NCBI RefSeq assembly: GCF_030144855.1 | Contig: NC_082714.1 | Span: forward strand, 51,646,001 to 51,710,000 | Length of the DNA: 64,000 nucleotides | Source: Hypanus sabinus | Lineage: Eukaryota | Direction of reading: 5' to 3' | In this document: piece after piece, positions 1 through 14,029 of the stretch | Numbering within the stretch: position 1 is the first letter of the stretch | Layout of the letters: each line of letters begins with the position of its first letter | The notes under the pieces: model-generated | The model's input: the letters and a program-made list of their open reading frames with translations, nothing else | Told to the model about the DNA's origin: nothing | Databases searched by the model: none | Program-made: the position numbers and the translations under genes

Positions 1-414
1 CAAACCAATCTTCCATCCTTGGACTCACTTTACACCGCACACTGTCGGAGCAGTGCTGCCAGGATAATCAAGCATTAGTCCCACCCAGCCAACACACTTT
101 TTGTTCCACTTCTCTCCAGGAGAAGGTTCAGGAGCATGAGGGTACGTATGGCCAGATTTGGGAACAGCTTCTTTCTAACTGTGATAAGATTGCTGAACAG
201 ATCCTAACCCGGATCTGGGCCGTACCTTCCAAATATCCGGACCTGATTCGCACTACCGTACTTCCCCTTTTCTATTTTCTAATTATGATTTATGATTTAA
301 ATTTTTATTATATTTACTTTGATTTGTACTTCAGGGAGCATGAATCTCAGAAACAAATATCACTGTGATGATTGCACGCTGTAATATCAACTGTTTGGTG
401 ATAATAAAGTATTT
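1..414 (+). mobile_element. 3' end of Rex1/Babar-like LINE
   Basis: Degenerate C-terminal motif (RRFRSMRVRMARFGNSFFLTVIRLLN), then a 3' UTR with AATAAA. Confidence 0.7.
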
Positions 415-465
415 GTATTGTTGAATCAAGGAAATGTTAACATCATTTTCTTCTTTACACAGTAC

Positions 466-651
466 CTTAGCATTCCATTTGTCATATGGATAAACCTCAA
501 GATAATTCCGTGCAATGATCATAAGTCCATGAGCAACAAAACATTCTCCTGCAATGTCAATTTCTACTGTTGTTTCCTGTCCCTGTGCATCCTGGGAGCA
601 ACATGCCAGAAAGTGTCGGACAATAAACTCATAAAGACGCTGCTCAGTTCC
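466..651 (-). CDS. TOP3A: TOP3A coding exon 12 (gene continues beyond the window)
   Basis: [62 protein letters not shown]; 186 nt. Confidence 0.95.
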
Positions 652-889
652 CTAAAAAGAAAGAAAATGTTTAGTACAATTACAATTATTGATTCTAAAG
701 AAAAGCAGAACATTTCCAATTAGAAAAATACTTCAGTCAAATCTTTCCAAACTCAAGGAGGCACAAGTAGTTTAAGGACATGCTTGTTAAGTCCTTCCCA
801 TTATCCCTTATCCCAGGATTTTGCAGACTTCCTCAATCTCCAAAACCATTTTTTGAGATACCCCTAAACTGATCTTTGTTCAATAAGAT

Positions 890-1635
890 TTAAGACTGCT
901 GAATGTCATTTCCAGCACACCAGTGTAAAGAACAAAATGATTGTTACTCCGGATCCAATGCAGCACAAAACAGAACACAGTAATAATAAAAGAAAACTTT
1001 AAACATTAATATGTAAGATAGCTTATAGACATAGATTGATTGTATGTCCATAAAGTGACACTAGGTACAGGAGTGTCTGTATATCAGGTGACTGATAGGA
1101 TTGAGAAGGTAGTGGTGGTTGGGGGCATGGAGGTGTTGATCAATGTTATTGCTTGCAGAAAGTAACTTTTATTTTGAGTCTGGTGAGCCTGGTGCAGATG
1201 CTACGTAGCCTCCTTGATGGCAGTGGGGCAAACAGTCACTGAGAAGAGCGGATGGGATCTTTCATGTGGATGTTACTGGCCCTTTTCCAGCACCTTTCTG
1301 TATATACATCCAGCTGATGCTGGCGACACATTAGGCAGTTCTGACAACCTGTTGTAGAGCCATCCTGTCCAGTGCAGTTTCTATCCCATGCAGTGATGCA
1401 GCTTGATAGGATGCTCTTTACTGTGTATCTGTAAAACAACATGAGTATAGATGTGCATAGTCCACGTGCATAGTTCTGCCTCCTCAGAAAGTAGAGATGT
1501 TGGTGAGCTTTCCTGATAATGTATAAAGTGTTCTGGGACCATGAGGGGTTGTGTGTGATGTGCACTCCCAAGAGTTTGAAACTGCTTGTAGTTTCCACTG
1601 CTGCAGCATCAGTGTAAAGAAGGGAGGAGTGTCCC
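890..1635 (-). mobile_element. Rex1/Babar-like LINE 3' fragment
   Basis: ORF 1236-1637 contains VETTSSFKLLGVHITHNPSWSQNT...KAHQHLYFLRR, typical of the post-RT region. Confidence 0.75.
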
Positions 1636-2963
1636 ACTAACAGCAGAAGATATTGGGAGTGAAGCAGTTAAATTAATGCAACTGTAACTCAGATTTGAAA
1701 AGACAATTTAATAACACAAATTGAAATCCTACTCCAGCTAACCACTGAATTACTGTAAAGTCCTATCTGGCTCTCTGTCTTCAGCTGAAGAAAAAAAATC
1801 ATTAACCAGTCTGGCCTATATGTACTCCAGACCCATCAACCAGGTTGTCAAAATAGGCCAGGCAAGTATACCATCAAAGAAGTGTATATAACCAAATGAA
1901 GCACCTAGCATTGATGTATTTACTGAATTGGGTTATGGTAAGGTTGCTTCCAGTACAGTCAACATTCCACAATGCACCCTGTGTTACAGCAATTTGGTTA
2001 ATGGAAATTCATCCAGATGGGATTCAAAAATCACTACCAAAAGTTTGAGATACGGAATAAAAATTCACACTTACAGAAGGTATAATGAAGAAAACTAACA
2101 ACACACACAAAATTGAAAAAACATTGATTTTGTCAAGTTTGCATTAAGGAAAATCACAATGCAGAGGATTTTCTAGGAACACAGCACTTTTGTATGGGAG
2201 AATGTACTATAGATAGTTCCTCATGAGCTGTGTCTTCATTGGATCTGTCCCACGGTCAAGCATTAAAACCCGGCATAGTTATCGTCTCAGAATCATATTT
2301 TACAGACAATGTGCCATATCATCTATCACAATCTCCGGATATAGCACATCTTACTGGCAAGTCAGACTCACTACAACAGGTAGTATTGAAAGGGGCACAG
2401 GCTTCCCATGAAAATACCTCCTTTGAATCTTATACAAGCTGAAATAAACATGAAAAAGAATAAAAGTGCAAGCTACACATAAAATAACAAGTTACTTTTC
2501 CTGGGATTATGTCAAAGGCAAGAACATCAATCTGCAAGAATAAATTAGTGGCATCATCAGATCATGAAGGATACAGCTGCCAGACAGGGTGTCAGGTTGC
2601 AAGTGAAATAACCTAAATGTTCTTCACATCTGTCACATCCTTACATGTGACAGGTGCATCTATCTATGTTCATATTTGGTAGAAGCAACCTCAGCATATT
2701 CCCTTTGGAGACAAAGCCCCACCTTCAAATCAGGAACGCACTCCATTTTATTGTAGAACATTACAATCACACCAACAGGATTATCACAGAACAGATATGC
2801 TACGCAGAACTGGGATCTGAAAGGCAATGTGAACTGTCAACAGAAAAAATACAAATTACCGCAATGCATCATCTCATAGTCCTCCTGCAACCTCATCCTG
2901 AGTCTGTACTGTCTTCAAATTAAACAAGCAAAGTGGATAAGAAAATCAATTCCAGGAGAATAC

Positions 2964-3171
2964 CTGCAGGTTGTTAGCATATTTAGTTGGATGTATTGGC
3001 GGATGGGCCTGGTCAGACTTATTTCCATTTCGAGGTCTTGGCCCACCTCCGTCCAAAATACCCTGAGCGAATGTCCCCCAGAGTGGGTCCACGGTTTGCT
3101 GCTGCACCAGAAGGGTGAGGTTGAAGTCTTTGGGGAAGATATTGGTTTCTGTACGAGGGTAGCTGATATAT
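2964..3171 (-). CDS. TOP3A: TOP3A coding exon 11 (catalytic tyrosine)
   Basis: YISYPRTETNIFPKDFNL...DQAHPPIHPTKYANNLQ; 208 nt; type IA active-site motif GYISYPRT. Confidence 0.97.
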
Positions 3172-3254
3172 CTGCACAAACAAGAACAAGGAACAGCAAC
3201 ACACTGTAAAAATGAGCTAGGTCTTTCACGTGGCAGGAATTCTGATCTGACTCA

Positions 3255-3530
3255 AATCTTTTTATTCATTTTATTTATTGAGTTACAGAGCAAAACAGGC
3301 CGTCCAGAAATCCCAGATTTAACCCCAGTCTAATTACGGGACAATTTACAATGACCGATTAACCTACCGACCTGTATGTCTTTGGATTGAGGGAGGAAAC
3401 CGGAGCACCTGAAGGAAACCCACATGGTTACGGGGAAAATGTACAAACTCTTTATGGGCAGTGGCAGTGGGAATTGAGCCTGCGTCACCTTTCCTGTAAA
3501 GCACTGTGCTAACCTCTACGTTACCATGAA
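3255..3530 (-). mobile_element. V-SINE (HE1-like)
   Basis: Reverse complement of the V-domain GGGTTTCC...GGTGCTCCGGTTTCCTCCC...AAAGACAT...GGTTAAT. Confidence 0.75.
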
Positions 3531-3981
3531 TCTTAAGAAAATCGAAAGAAATTTGGCTGGATGCAGTGGTTATGGATTAATTAGCCATATGGGCAACGGC
3601 TGTGTGCTTAAATTTGTTCTAGTTATCATATACTAACCAAACCCAGCAACCCAGAGGTGAATAATTCATCTTGTCAACTATCATCAATTCCTTTAAACAG
3701 ATTTCATGTTTACGCTCACCATTCATAAACGTAAGTCATAGGCAGGATATTTTATATACTGAATAGCTCAGAGTACACATGCAGTGGAGACACAAGCACA
3801 AGAGTCAGGAAGGATGATCTAACTGAACATTTGAAGAGATTTAAGAGAAGCAGGGAAATACAATATTGTATGTGCCCAAGGAGGGTGTTTAAAAGCAGGA
3901 TCTCAGGAAGTTCCGAACATTGTATAAAAAGGTGCTGATGTTGCTCAGACAGCTCATATGCAGCAGCACACAGAACCTCAC

Positions 3982-4064
3982 CCTTGTGTGTATAATTTCT
4001 CTGCTATTCTCATCGCCTCCTTTGCATTGATTTTCAACTTCTTTGAAGCCAGTTTCTCCAATTC
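3982..4064 (-). CDS. TOP3A: TOP3A coding exon 10
   Basis: ELEKLASKKLKINAKEAMRIAEKLYTQG; 83 nt. Confidence 0.95.
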
Positions 4065-5508
4065 CTGTTCGGTAAACAAAATGTTAATTTTTAAATTCAA
4101 TTCAATTTTCAGCTCTTGTTCAAGATTCAAATCTCTCCTAATAGCAGTGCCCTTAATATAGTAAAGGGTTATAAGAAGTTCAATGAAGGCAAAGCAGTAA
4201 GCAAGGCTGATTTTAATGGAAGTAACCTACAGGTAAACAGTATCTTAAAAGAAGCTTCTGAAGGTGTTAAAGGGCAGCAAAGGATCAATGCTATTAAACA
4301 TCAGTATTCCATTTTGTGTAATCACGATTATCATTAATTCTGGACACCTAAAATTCAGAGTTTACAAAAATTAAACAAAACGTATGTTTTCCAATCAGCT
4401 GAACAGCATCGGCTTTATTGTGAACGCAAAAGCATGCTACAGAACCATCAGGCAGGAAGGATGTCAGTAACCGTTTTTAAAGCTTAAAATTTCTTAAATT
4501 CAGGTGAAAGCATGATGCTTACTTAAATAGAAACGATTTCTTTATGACTGTGTACGTGGATATTGTATGAGAGGCGCAAGCACAATAAACAAACAATCAA
4601 AAGAGTTGGGTTCCAGGTCTCAGCCAATTCCCTACCATTCCTAGATAGTCAACATGAGCATCATCAGGAAGGCTCATATCTCCTTCCAATCCAGGGAAAC
4701 AGGCTCTTCCCAGATTACAGTCGGGTTCTGGAGTTGTGAACCCGAACAATTCACAAGTCAGAAATGTGGCCACGAACCCAGTTCCTACCTGGCACAAGAA
4801 GCTTGTAGCTCAGGAGGTAGACAAATCCACCAATCTCCTAAACATTTGTATGCATGTACAAGCCGTGCATAAGTTGGGCCTTCTCAAGCTTCAAAGGACC
4901 AGTTAACTAACCAAGGTCAGTTAACTAAGTATAGACCAAGAATTGAAGCATGAAACTTCTTGGGTTGTATAATGGTAGTCCCAAAGTAATGATCAAAGTA
5001 GTAATATTCCATTCTTATGAAGACACACAAAATGTGAATATTTACTAATACTATTGAATGTTTCATAGGGTAAATATGTTTCAAAGTGCTTCATAAATAG
5101 CAAAAATGTTAATGCCAAGCTCATGAGGATGTAGTTGGAAAGAGGGCAAAAAGCTTGGTCAAAGAGGTTGGTTTAAAGGAACAAAATTAAAGGAGTAAAG
5201 AGTTTAGGGAGGCAAGTAGAACCTAACAGCAGAAGTGCAAGGCATTGTGAGTCAAATTGCTGAACTTGAATTGAGGGAGTGCAAATACGTTGGAAGGCTA
5301 GAGGCCTAGATGATGTAGGTTAAAGAAATAGATACAGGTGGATGAAACCATGGAGACATACAGCAGTAAAGAATTAAATCCTGAAACTAACACACCTGGA
5401 AGTAACATAACAGCATGTCGAAGCACAATTTTATACAAGCCTATGCTGTTCTTAAATCATTGTAGCTTTTCATAATGCAATTTGTGCTACATTCGGATTG
5501 ATACACAC

Positions 5509-5583
5509 CACAGTGTCAAGAGGTAAAGGTCTCCATTTGCTCTTCGGTTTAGTAAAGACATCAAGTACAGTAGCAACTGGATC
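5509..5583 (-). CDS. TOP3A: TOP3A coding exon 9
   Basis: DPVATVLDVFTKPKSKWRPLPLDTV; 75 nt. Confidence 0.93.
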
Positions 5584-6415
5584 CTGTGATCAGCAAACAA
5601 AAAAACTAAGACAGTATATATTTAAAAAAAAACAAAGGCTCTACAAAATCAGGTATTACTTTGTTAATTGCTTTATTTTAATGTCAGCCTATGGAAGCAA
5701 CAGAAAAAAAAAGCTACCTTTGAAATCTTTTCACTAAAGGGTTGATTTCTTGTGTTCAAAGGCACAAAGTAATTTGTTTTGGCATTGAAAAACATTTACT
5801 TGACTAAATTCTCACCCAATTTTCTCAACATGATTGTGCACATAATCAAAATAATATGAATGTTTGACTATTCCTGCTCTCTACTAGTCTCTTAATCGTG
5901 ATCATCTCCATTCTGTCTATGTACGTTAATAAAAACTTGCCTGACATACAGTTTTCTGTTTAAATCTTTTTTTTAACCTTCCTAAACCTAAATTCTACCT
6001 CTACTTCCAGCCCATGAAAGGTCATCATCCTGAGAAATACTTCTTTCCACAAATCCTGCCTGAACTACAAAATATTATCAAAATTCTTAGCCACCCCACC
6101 ACATCAATTACGTTAGCCTATCCTACAAATCCTTTTGCTTTTCCAGTTCCAACTCTATTTACATCACTTCACAACACAGAAATTTTATTGTAACAAATTT
6201 CCTGTCATTTGATTTACGCAGCCTAATTTTGCACCATTAATATATGTTGACACATCTCTTCGTGTATCCAAAGTACTGATCTCCAATTACCATAACAATA
6301 TTAACTATATTCTTCATTTGCTTCTTCAAACCAATTTTAATGCAGTTTGCTGTCCTCCCCAACCTCCAATTATTTTAGAGGTACACAGCAATAATTGAGA
6401 AAAACACATGCTCAC

Positions 6416-6516
6416 CTCCATGCAAATCTGGTAAAGTACAAGGCATGCTGTGTGGTTGAAAAGCCGATGTCGCTTCCAGTTAAATTCTACATTACCATCG
6501 TCATTCTCGTGAGTAA
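6416..6516 (-). CDS. TOP3A: TOP3A coding exon 8
   Basis: VTHENDDGNVEFNWKRHRLFNHTACLVLYQICME; 101 nt. Confidence 0.95.
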
Positions 6517-7007
6517 CTGAAAGACAAAAAGAGCCCCCAATGACATTTAGCAGACTAGTTACAAAAGCAAACCCAGAACCCTGACCCATCATATTGTGTA
6601 ACCATGTAAAAAAGCAGAGCCATGTGGCGACAAAATGATCTGAATTACGAAAATTATGTTGAAAAAAAATCTACTTCCAGCAGTCATTACACAATTATCA
6701 CCATTTGTGTCTAGATTTCTTGGACATGACTTATTTTACTGTACCTATATTCCTATCCAACACTTTAGTACATAACACACTCATGAAAATTAGCAATGTT
6801 CTGCCCACCTCTTTCTTTGAAAGCAGATTCATGCTCGTGTTTTAATTTCACAGACATTCCTACTTTCCACATGCTTTCTTTTCAAGTAACCATGTTTCAG
6901 ATATAAGCTCCTAAGAACTATTCAGCCAAGGGGGCAGGAAGGAGTAATACAGCAGTTTGAACTTTTATTTTGTACATTTCCAGAAAGGTATGAGAACTGT
7001 ACTATAC

Positions 7008-7178
7008 CTTTAATTTTATAGAATGTTTCCTGAATAAAAGCCTGGATCGCTTTGAAACGTTCAACCACAAATCCCAGTGTTGGAAACTGGCAGCTGCCAT
7101 AGCTGATGAGCTGATTTGCCAGCACATTTGGAAAAATCTTCTGTAGACGTAAGGTCTGAAACCGGGTGAAAGCAGCAC
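7008..7178 (-). CDS. TOP3A: TOP3A coding exon 7
   Basis: GAAFTRFQTLRLQKIFPNVLANQLISYGSCQFPTLGFVVERFKAIQAFIQETFYKIK; 171 nt. Confidence 0.96.
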
Positions 7179-7664
7179 CTATAAAGAAAATCATGCAGCT
7201 CACTTCAAAAGGGCAGGAGAGGGACACAAACAAAGCAACAAAAGGTCTCAAAGACACCACTGGGGAGGTGCTGGTATGGAAACAAAAGTTCACTTGGAAG
7301 ACAGGGAATGGGGGAAGGCCTGATTACAGGAGTACATAGGAGTTATTGAGGTTAGGAAAAACATTACAGGAATGAGGCGATTACAGATCAAGGAGAAGAT
7401 GATGAGTAAAGGGCAACAGACTGGGGGAGGAGGATTAAAATAAATCCTGGCGATAGGAATACAGATCAGAGAAGTGGCCATAATATTGGGTTGAACAACA
7501 GAGTGAATAATTTGAACCTGAACAATAGAGTTGCTGGAGGTGTGATAATGGAAACAAACATGACAGAAGCAAGTGTGCTGTGTCAACCAATCTGCAAGTT
7601 ACATAGCATTGTTTCACATGGAAAGCTCAAAGCAACCATATTAAATATAGGATAAGCCTCTTAC

Positions 7665-7808
7665 CTATCCTAAGGTCCAACTCCTGCCTTACATCAACAG
7701 CATCGCTTACTTTCTGGTCGGGTTCCCCAAGATTCTCACAGGCTCGTCTGATGGAGTGAGGTGTAATCTCAGAAAACCGTGCTCGGAGCACCTGAAGGTT
7801 GGGCTTCA
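7665..7808 (-). CDS. TOP3A: TOP3A coding exon 6
   Basis: VKPNLQVLRARFSEITPHSIRRACENLGEPDQKVSDAVDVRQELDLRI; 144 nt. Confidence 0.96.
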
Positions 7809-8565
7809 CTGTCTCAGGGAGAGAGCACGCAGAATGAACACCATTAACAAATTCAATCTTCACAAAACACATAGGAAAGTGTTTCATCAATACAACAAAG
7901 CTGTTCTGAGGATAAATATTACAATTAGGAACAGTCAAAGCCTTACCTATTCCTCCTCCATGACAAAGAGAATACATCAGCCAAAAACAGGAAAAGGATA
8001 AATGCCCTGTTTCTCAAGGACAATTAAAACTATTTATAGTGCCAGCTACCAACTAGTGACTAAGGATCAACAATGTAAAACCTGAGAGGTTCTAATCAAA
8101 GTGGGTGGTTGGAGGCGAGTGCCATCAGCCAAAGAAAACACAGGACTGAGATTTAAACAAGGAAAGACCAAGTTTTGCTGTTCATTGTATTTCTACAGAA
8201 TTACTTACTCAATTCAGATGCCAGCCTCATGAGTTATTTTTTGAAATAAACACAAAATACTGGCACAGCACCATCAATGCCACACAGCTATAGTACATAC
8301 ATATCATTGATACAGCACTGGCAATTTTCCAACATTACATTAGCTATCTTGCATGGCTTCTGAGAGCCAACTCAAATCAGGATTGGGAGGAATTAGAAAG
8401 AAACTGGATGTAGGCATTGCAAAGCTACAATGACTCTGATTAACATTCTAACTCTTTCTATCAGCTCTCCAAAACAATGCACGTTTTCCGTAATTTTTAA
8501 AAAATTAATACTCAAACATACAGGCACATTGAACCAGTAGAACCTAGCGCCATATGCGTATTTAC

Positions 8566-8674
8566 CTGCTTTACAGACGTGAACTATTTCAAATCCAATG
8601 TTCTCCCCTTCACGATCACAGTCAGTCCAAAGGATCAGAGCCTGACATTTCCTCACTTCCCGTTCCAGGGTTCT
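8566..8674 (-). CDS. TOP3A: TOP3A coding exon 5
   Basis: [36 protein letters not shown] (TOPRIM DxDxEGE); 109 nt. Confidence 0.96.
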
Positions 8675-9902
8675 CTAGAAAGTCAACAAAATTAAAGACG
8701 TACAAAAAAGCTGGATGAACTCAGCAGGTCGGGCAGCATCAACAATAAAGTTCTGCAGATACAAAGTCACCATCCTTTACATTATCCCTTAAATGACTAC
8801 TTGTGCAAGTGGAGCACGTTAGATACGATAAGCATTTACAGAAGCCATTCTGCCCATGAAGCTCATGTCATCACTATCAGGAGTACGTCCAGGTATTTGT
8901 TCCCCAAACCACTGAAGGTTTTGCCTCCACCACCCTTTCATACTGCATACCTCCTACCTGTGTACCCTCCTACATATGACATCTTCCACAAATTCATTTT
9001 AATCCTTCCTCCAATTATCTTAAATCTACGTTCCCCGTCACGAACCTCTCTTCTGAGGAAAATAAAAAGTTCTTGTTTATCCACTCATTTATTGCCTCAC
9101 TTTTATACAATTACATTTCCTCACGTACAGCAGAGAATGGGCCTTTCTCCTCATTATGTCCATATTAACCTTTGTTACCTATCTGCACTAAACCCATTTA
9201 TCCTAGTAGAAGGCTGCTTTTTTATGCATTACCTATTTAAGTGATTGCCCCATCCTGTAGAAGGGTTTCGACCATTTAATCTTTTCCATAGATGCTGCCT
9301 GCACTGCTAAGTTCTTCCAGCATTTTGTGTGTGTTGATTCTCTCATGTTTTAAGTGATTGTCTAATTGCCTCTCACATGTAGTAATTGTAAATGATTCCA
9401 CTACCTCCTCTGGCAGTGTATCCCAGGTAGCAACCACTCTATAGACAAAGTATCCCCAAGATCCCCTTCAAGTCTCACATTTCAAAGAAAACTCCCAGAC
9501 TAGCCAATTGCACTTCTCCAAAGCTGCCATCATCCTTGTAAAGCTTTCCTGAACCTTTTGTTACCCTATCTTTCCTGGAGTGTGTTAAACAGAACTGTAC
9601 AATGCATTCTAACTGTGCCCACTAGTCTTTTATAGTTTCAGCATTACCACCCTGCTCTTGTAATCTTTGTTTCAACCAATGAAAATTAAGCATCTTGGTA
9701 GCCTTCTTAAAGAGCTCATTTACTTAACCTGCTGTCTTCAGGTGATCTGTATGCACCTAAACCAGTGGCACACACTATCCAACCCACTGGAAAATCCAAG
9801 TTCAGCTCACCTCTGGAAATGCTGGGCTCAAACTTAAATGGAGCAAGTTCCAAAAAGCACAATTAGTGAGACCCAGTACGGTACAGTGACTTCCCTCAGT
9901 GA

Positions 9903-10180
9903 GGCACCACAGTAGAGCAGCAGTTAGTGAGATGCTATTACTGCTTAGAGTTCAGTTCCAATGCCGTCTGTAAGAAGTTTGCACACCCTTCCCATGAACA
10001 CATGGGTTTCCTCCAGGTGCTCCAGTTTCATCCCATATTCCAGAGACATACCAGTTAGCAGGTTAATTGGTCAAGGTAAATTGTCCTGTGATTCGGTTAG
10101 GGTTAAATAGGTGGGTTGCTGGTAGAGCCAGCTTGTTGGGTTTCAAAGGGCTTGTTCCACACTGTATCTCTAAATAAAAG
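9903..10180 (+). mobile_element. V-SINE (HE1-like)
   Basis: tRNA-like head, V-domain GGGTTTCCTCCAGGTGCTCCAGTTTC, CR1-like tail ending CTGTATCTCTAAATAAA. Confidence 0.8.
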
Positions 10181-10239
10181 TTAAATGGCAAGAACCAGTT
10201 CCAGAAATGCACTGCCAATTGGTTAAGCTCTACTACCAT

Positions 10240-10615
10240 GAAGAGGCAAACTCAGATTGAAGGAGTAACACATCACTTTTCCAGTAATTTCTCCCGCTTC
10301 ATCTTCTCTCTTTTTCCATTCTTCATTCTGGTTACCCTACCACCCCTTCTCTTCTCCTCACCTTCCCATCACCTCTCTCTGGGTCCTCTCCTCTTTCCCT
10401 TTCTTCCTTGGTCCACTGTCTTTTCCTATTAGATCCCTTCTTCTTCAACATTTTATCTTTTCCAACCACCCACTTTGCTCCTTCTCATTCAGGCTTCTGT
10501 CCCCTTCCCTTCCAGTCCTGATGAAGGGTCTCAGCCCAAAATGTCAATTGTTTATTCCCCTCGATAGATGCTGCCTGCCTCACTTAGTCCCTCCAGTATT
10601 TTCTGTGTGTTGCTC
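10240..10615 (+). mobile_element. Penelope-like element 3' tail with degenerate hammerhead motif
   Basis: Pyrimidine-rich tail then CAGTCCTGATGAAGGGTCTCAGCCCAAAATGTC; homologous to 23786-24439. Confidence 0.65.
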
Positions 10616-10699
10616 AATAATTACTTACACGCTTTTATGGAATCTGCAAAAGGTATCACAGAATCAAGGATTTAAAGGGAAACGCAGGAAGTAGGTGTT

Positions 10700-11630
10700 A
10701 AAATTTTAAACAAGTACAAAAGAAGGTGTAAGCTAATAAATCCCAAGGACCTCATGGTTTACATCCTAGAATTATGAAAGAGGTGGCTTTAAAACTAGTG
10801 GATCCTTTGGTTATCATTTTCCAAGTTTCTGTTGATTCTGGAATTCCACATGGAGCTTTCCTGAACCTTGGCTAATAAACAAGCCATCCATTTTTTTTTA
10901 AAGTTCATTATTTAATTAGTTCACCATTAAAAAAGGGAGAGTGAAAAGAGGAACTATTAATTGTTACTCTAATGTTAGTGGTAGGGAACAGCTAGAATCT
11001 ATTAAGAAGCTGTAGTAACAGAACAGATGGAAAAGAATGTTACGAGCAGAGCCAACATGGATTTATGAAAGGAAAATCACATTTGATTAACCTGATGGAA
11101 CACGCTGAGGGAACCGTGGGTTTGAAGGGTTTTGATTTTTAAAACTCATTCAATAAGGTCTAAGACAGAAAGACGATCAACAAGGTCAGGGCTCATGCAA
11201 TTAGAGGTAACACAATGAATGTGGGTTGAGAAATGCTTATCAGACAGAAAGCAAAAAGTGGGAATAAACGTATGGTTAAGTTTCAGGTTGTGACTGGTAG
11301 GTCACTACAGGGATTAGTGCTTGTGAAACAGATGTTCACAACCATAGACCAAAAACAAGTCAAATTATAATCAAAACATTCATCATTATTAATGGCTCAA
11401 CAGACCATGTGCAGGGTGAACAATTCCCCTGGGTGAGGGGCCTAGAACCAGAGGGTACAGTGTCAGAATAATGTGGAAGCATCAATGAGAATTTTTTTTT
11501 CAGTGAACCTTTGGAATTGTATATCCTAGGCTTAACTGTTGTATTCATTCAAAATAGGGATACGTATCAGCCATGTTCTTAATGAATAGTGAAGCAGACA
11601 AAGGGCAAGATAGTCTACTCATGCTCTTAT
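10700..11630 (+). mobile_element. Degraded CR1 LINE ORF2 fragment
   Basis: Remnants of KSQGPHGLHPRIMKEVA...LVIIFQ and QHGFMKGKS with many indels. Confidence 0.65.
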
Positions 11631-11766
11631 TCCTTACATTTTTAAAACTGCTACAGAAAGTATAACATAAGTTAAATACAACTCATTTTAGACAGCCCCA
11701 TGGACAGGTATATGTGTAGAATGAAGTATATGCAATATATGATTCCGATAATATTAATAAATATAC

Positions 11767-11842
11767 CTTAATATCCACATAGTTCTCCGGGCAATACTTC
11801 TCGATCTCAGCTTCAAAAAGGGTCACAGGGTTACAACTGCGC
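11767..11842 (-). CDS. TOP3A: TOP3A coding exon 4
   Basis: RSCNPVTLFEAEIEKYCPENYVDIK; 76 nt; phase matches exon 3. Confidence 0.94.
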
Positions 11843-13142
11843 CTAGATATTGGAAACAAAAACTTCACAGAGCAAATTCCAGACAGAGCCTGATGTCGCA
11901 TTTTTAGAGCAAAATGGCGAAAATCATTTTTTGTTTTAAAGAAAGATAGGACAATTCTGATATGAGAAGTAGATGGACAAAATTATAGTATGATTTTTAC
12001 TTAAATGTAAGCTTCAAGGTTAGATCAATTTAAGTTAATAAGTTTACAATAAAGTGACAGAAGCCTGATTATTGGGCAGCAACAGCAGTGCTGAACCATC
12101 CTGTGGCAAGGCATAGATTCACAATCTAAAATACTAAGGGGGTGTTTAATTAAGTAGGGAAGTCTTCAGTGATATTATTCTGGCCATTTTCCAATACTCC
12201 ATTCTTCACAAAACCCGGTAGTAAAGCAACAGCACAATGAAGTTTCTTGCACGAAATCTAGATGCTGACCGTGTGTGACAACTTTTATTTCGATGGACAG
12301 TCACAGCTCCATGTTTCTTGAAATAACAGTAAACAAATGCTTTAAATGGTACGTATTTAATTGTATTTGTTGTTTCCAGCATTTCAATTATTATCTTTAC
12401 AGCTTTTTCAACAGTATGATTTAAATACTTTAACACTCAGAAATTTAAAGGAATCTGAAAGCCAGAGTTCTGACAGCCAAACCAGCTGTCAAAGCCTCAG
12501 TAATTATGAACCAATTTGAGGGACGAGCTTATCTTTTGCCCATTAAGAAAGCCAGCAATAAACACATTATAACATCACCCATCCTGAACATGCTTAAGTG
12601 AGTATGGAAATGGTTAAACATTGGTAGCTTACTGCTCACCGAGGCAGATATGTTCAGATCCCAGGGCTCAAAAAATGGGTTTTAAAACTTACCAGTGCAG
12701 AGATGGGTCTGCCCTGATTGCCAAACACGTGTAACTTCTCAGTAGAATCTACACATTTCCATTGCATATAAACTACAATACTAAATTACTATCAGCAATT
12801 CAGTAAGTAAAAGACAACTTTAGGAGATACAAAGATGACTCATTAGTCCAGTAAGATACTCCAGTTAGTTAGCTTCCATAATGCAGAATATGCAGACCTT
12901 GATTTTGCACTTAACAACTGAATCATCCTTCTGAATCAATTTCTTGCACTATCACATCAGCCAACTGAATTAAGTTGTGGAAAACTTTGAAACATTTGCA
13001 AATTCAGCAAACTTTCTGATTATCAGTTCTACTTGCAGTTTTAATGTCTTCTGGAGTTTTAAATTCAAATCATATTATCCCAAAAAAACCCGAACCCAAC
13101 TTAGGCTTGAGGAATTAAATCTGTATTAAACTTAAAACTTAC

Positions 13143-13216
13143 CATTTCTGAAAAGGTGCTTTAAATTCCATCTCAAGTAAGTGACCCGAGACAGAAGTCA
13201 TCACAATAGCAACATT
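13143..13216 (-). CDS. TOP3A: TOP3A coding exon 3
   Basis: NVAIVMTSVSGHLLEMEFKAPFQK(W); 74 nt; CAG/GTAAG flanks. Confidence 0.93.
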
Positions 13217-14029
13217 CTGCAGATTTGAAGATAGGAGGGAATAAAAGAAAAAGGAGCACATTCAGTCATTGACAGTCATGTTTATTGTCATTCACACACG
13301 TACATGTATGCCCAAGTGAAATGAAAACTGACTAGCACCATCATCACATAAGAAGCATTCATAAGTAAAACATAAATTCAACAAATAATATATTTTTTTA
13401 CAAGAACACGATTAGAAAAACAAGTTCAAAGTGACGATAACATTGTAGCTTTGCTGGTTGGTTCAAGATCCAAATGGGTGAAGGCAAGCAGCTATGTCTG
13501 AACCTGCTAATGAGAGTCATCAGTCTTCTCTAACTCCACTGGTGGATGGTGTTTGAATGGTCTGGATGGAGGAAACCTTTGATGATGGCGGCAGCATTTT
13601 ACCAACAATAAAATAAAATTAACAATACTTTGTGTAGTGGTTTTGTTTTTTTCTCCTTCACACCCTTGCACTTGACAAAATAACTTTTCATTTAATACAT
13701 TCTAATATTAATTTAAAATGACCTTGTAAATAGGATTTGGTTCTCAAGAGGCAGTATCTACCAGCACATTAGGTTTTGACTATAATCTTTTATACTTGTG
13801 CAGAATAGGATGTCTAACTTTCTTACTGACCAAAGATTGGAAGTTATGTATATCTTCCTGCATTTGAATTTAATGTTTAAAAATAATCTTTCTACGGGGA
13901 ACTCAAATTCGGGTACACTAAACTTCTCATCCCACATTCCACTTCTATGAACACTTCTCTAATTTTCACAAGTCTGGGAAGATTAGTCTAAATTAAAAAG
14001 TACTCTTCCTTTAAACTGAACAACAAGAG

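Noticed and set aside
2230-2442. 70-aa ORF in a TOP3A intron
   Set aside because: Resembles a decayed LINE endonuclease start (IVIVSESYFTDNVP); not a host gene.
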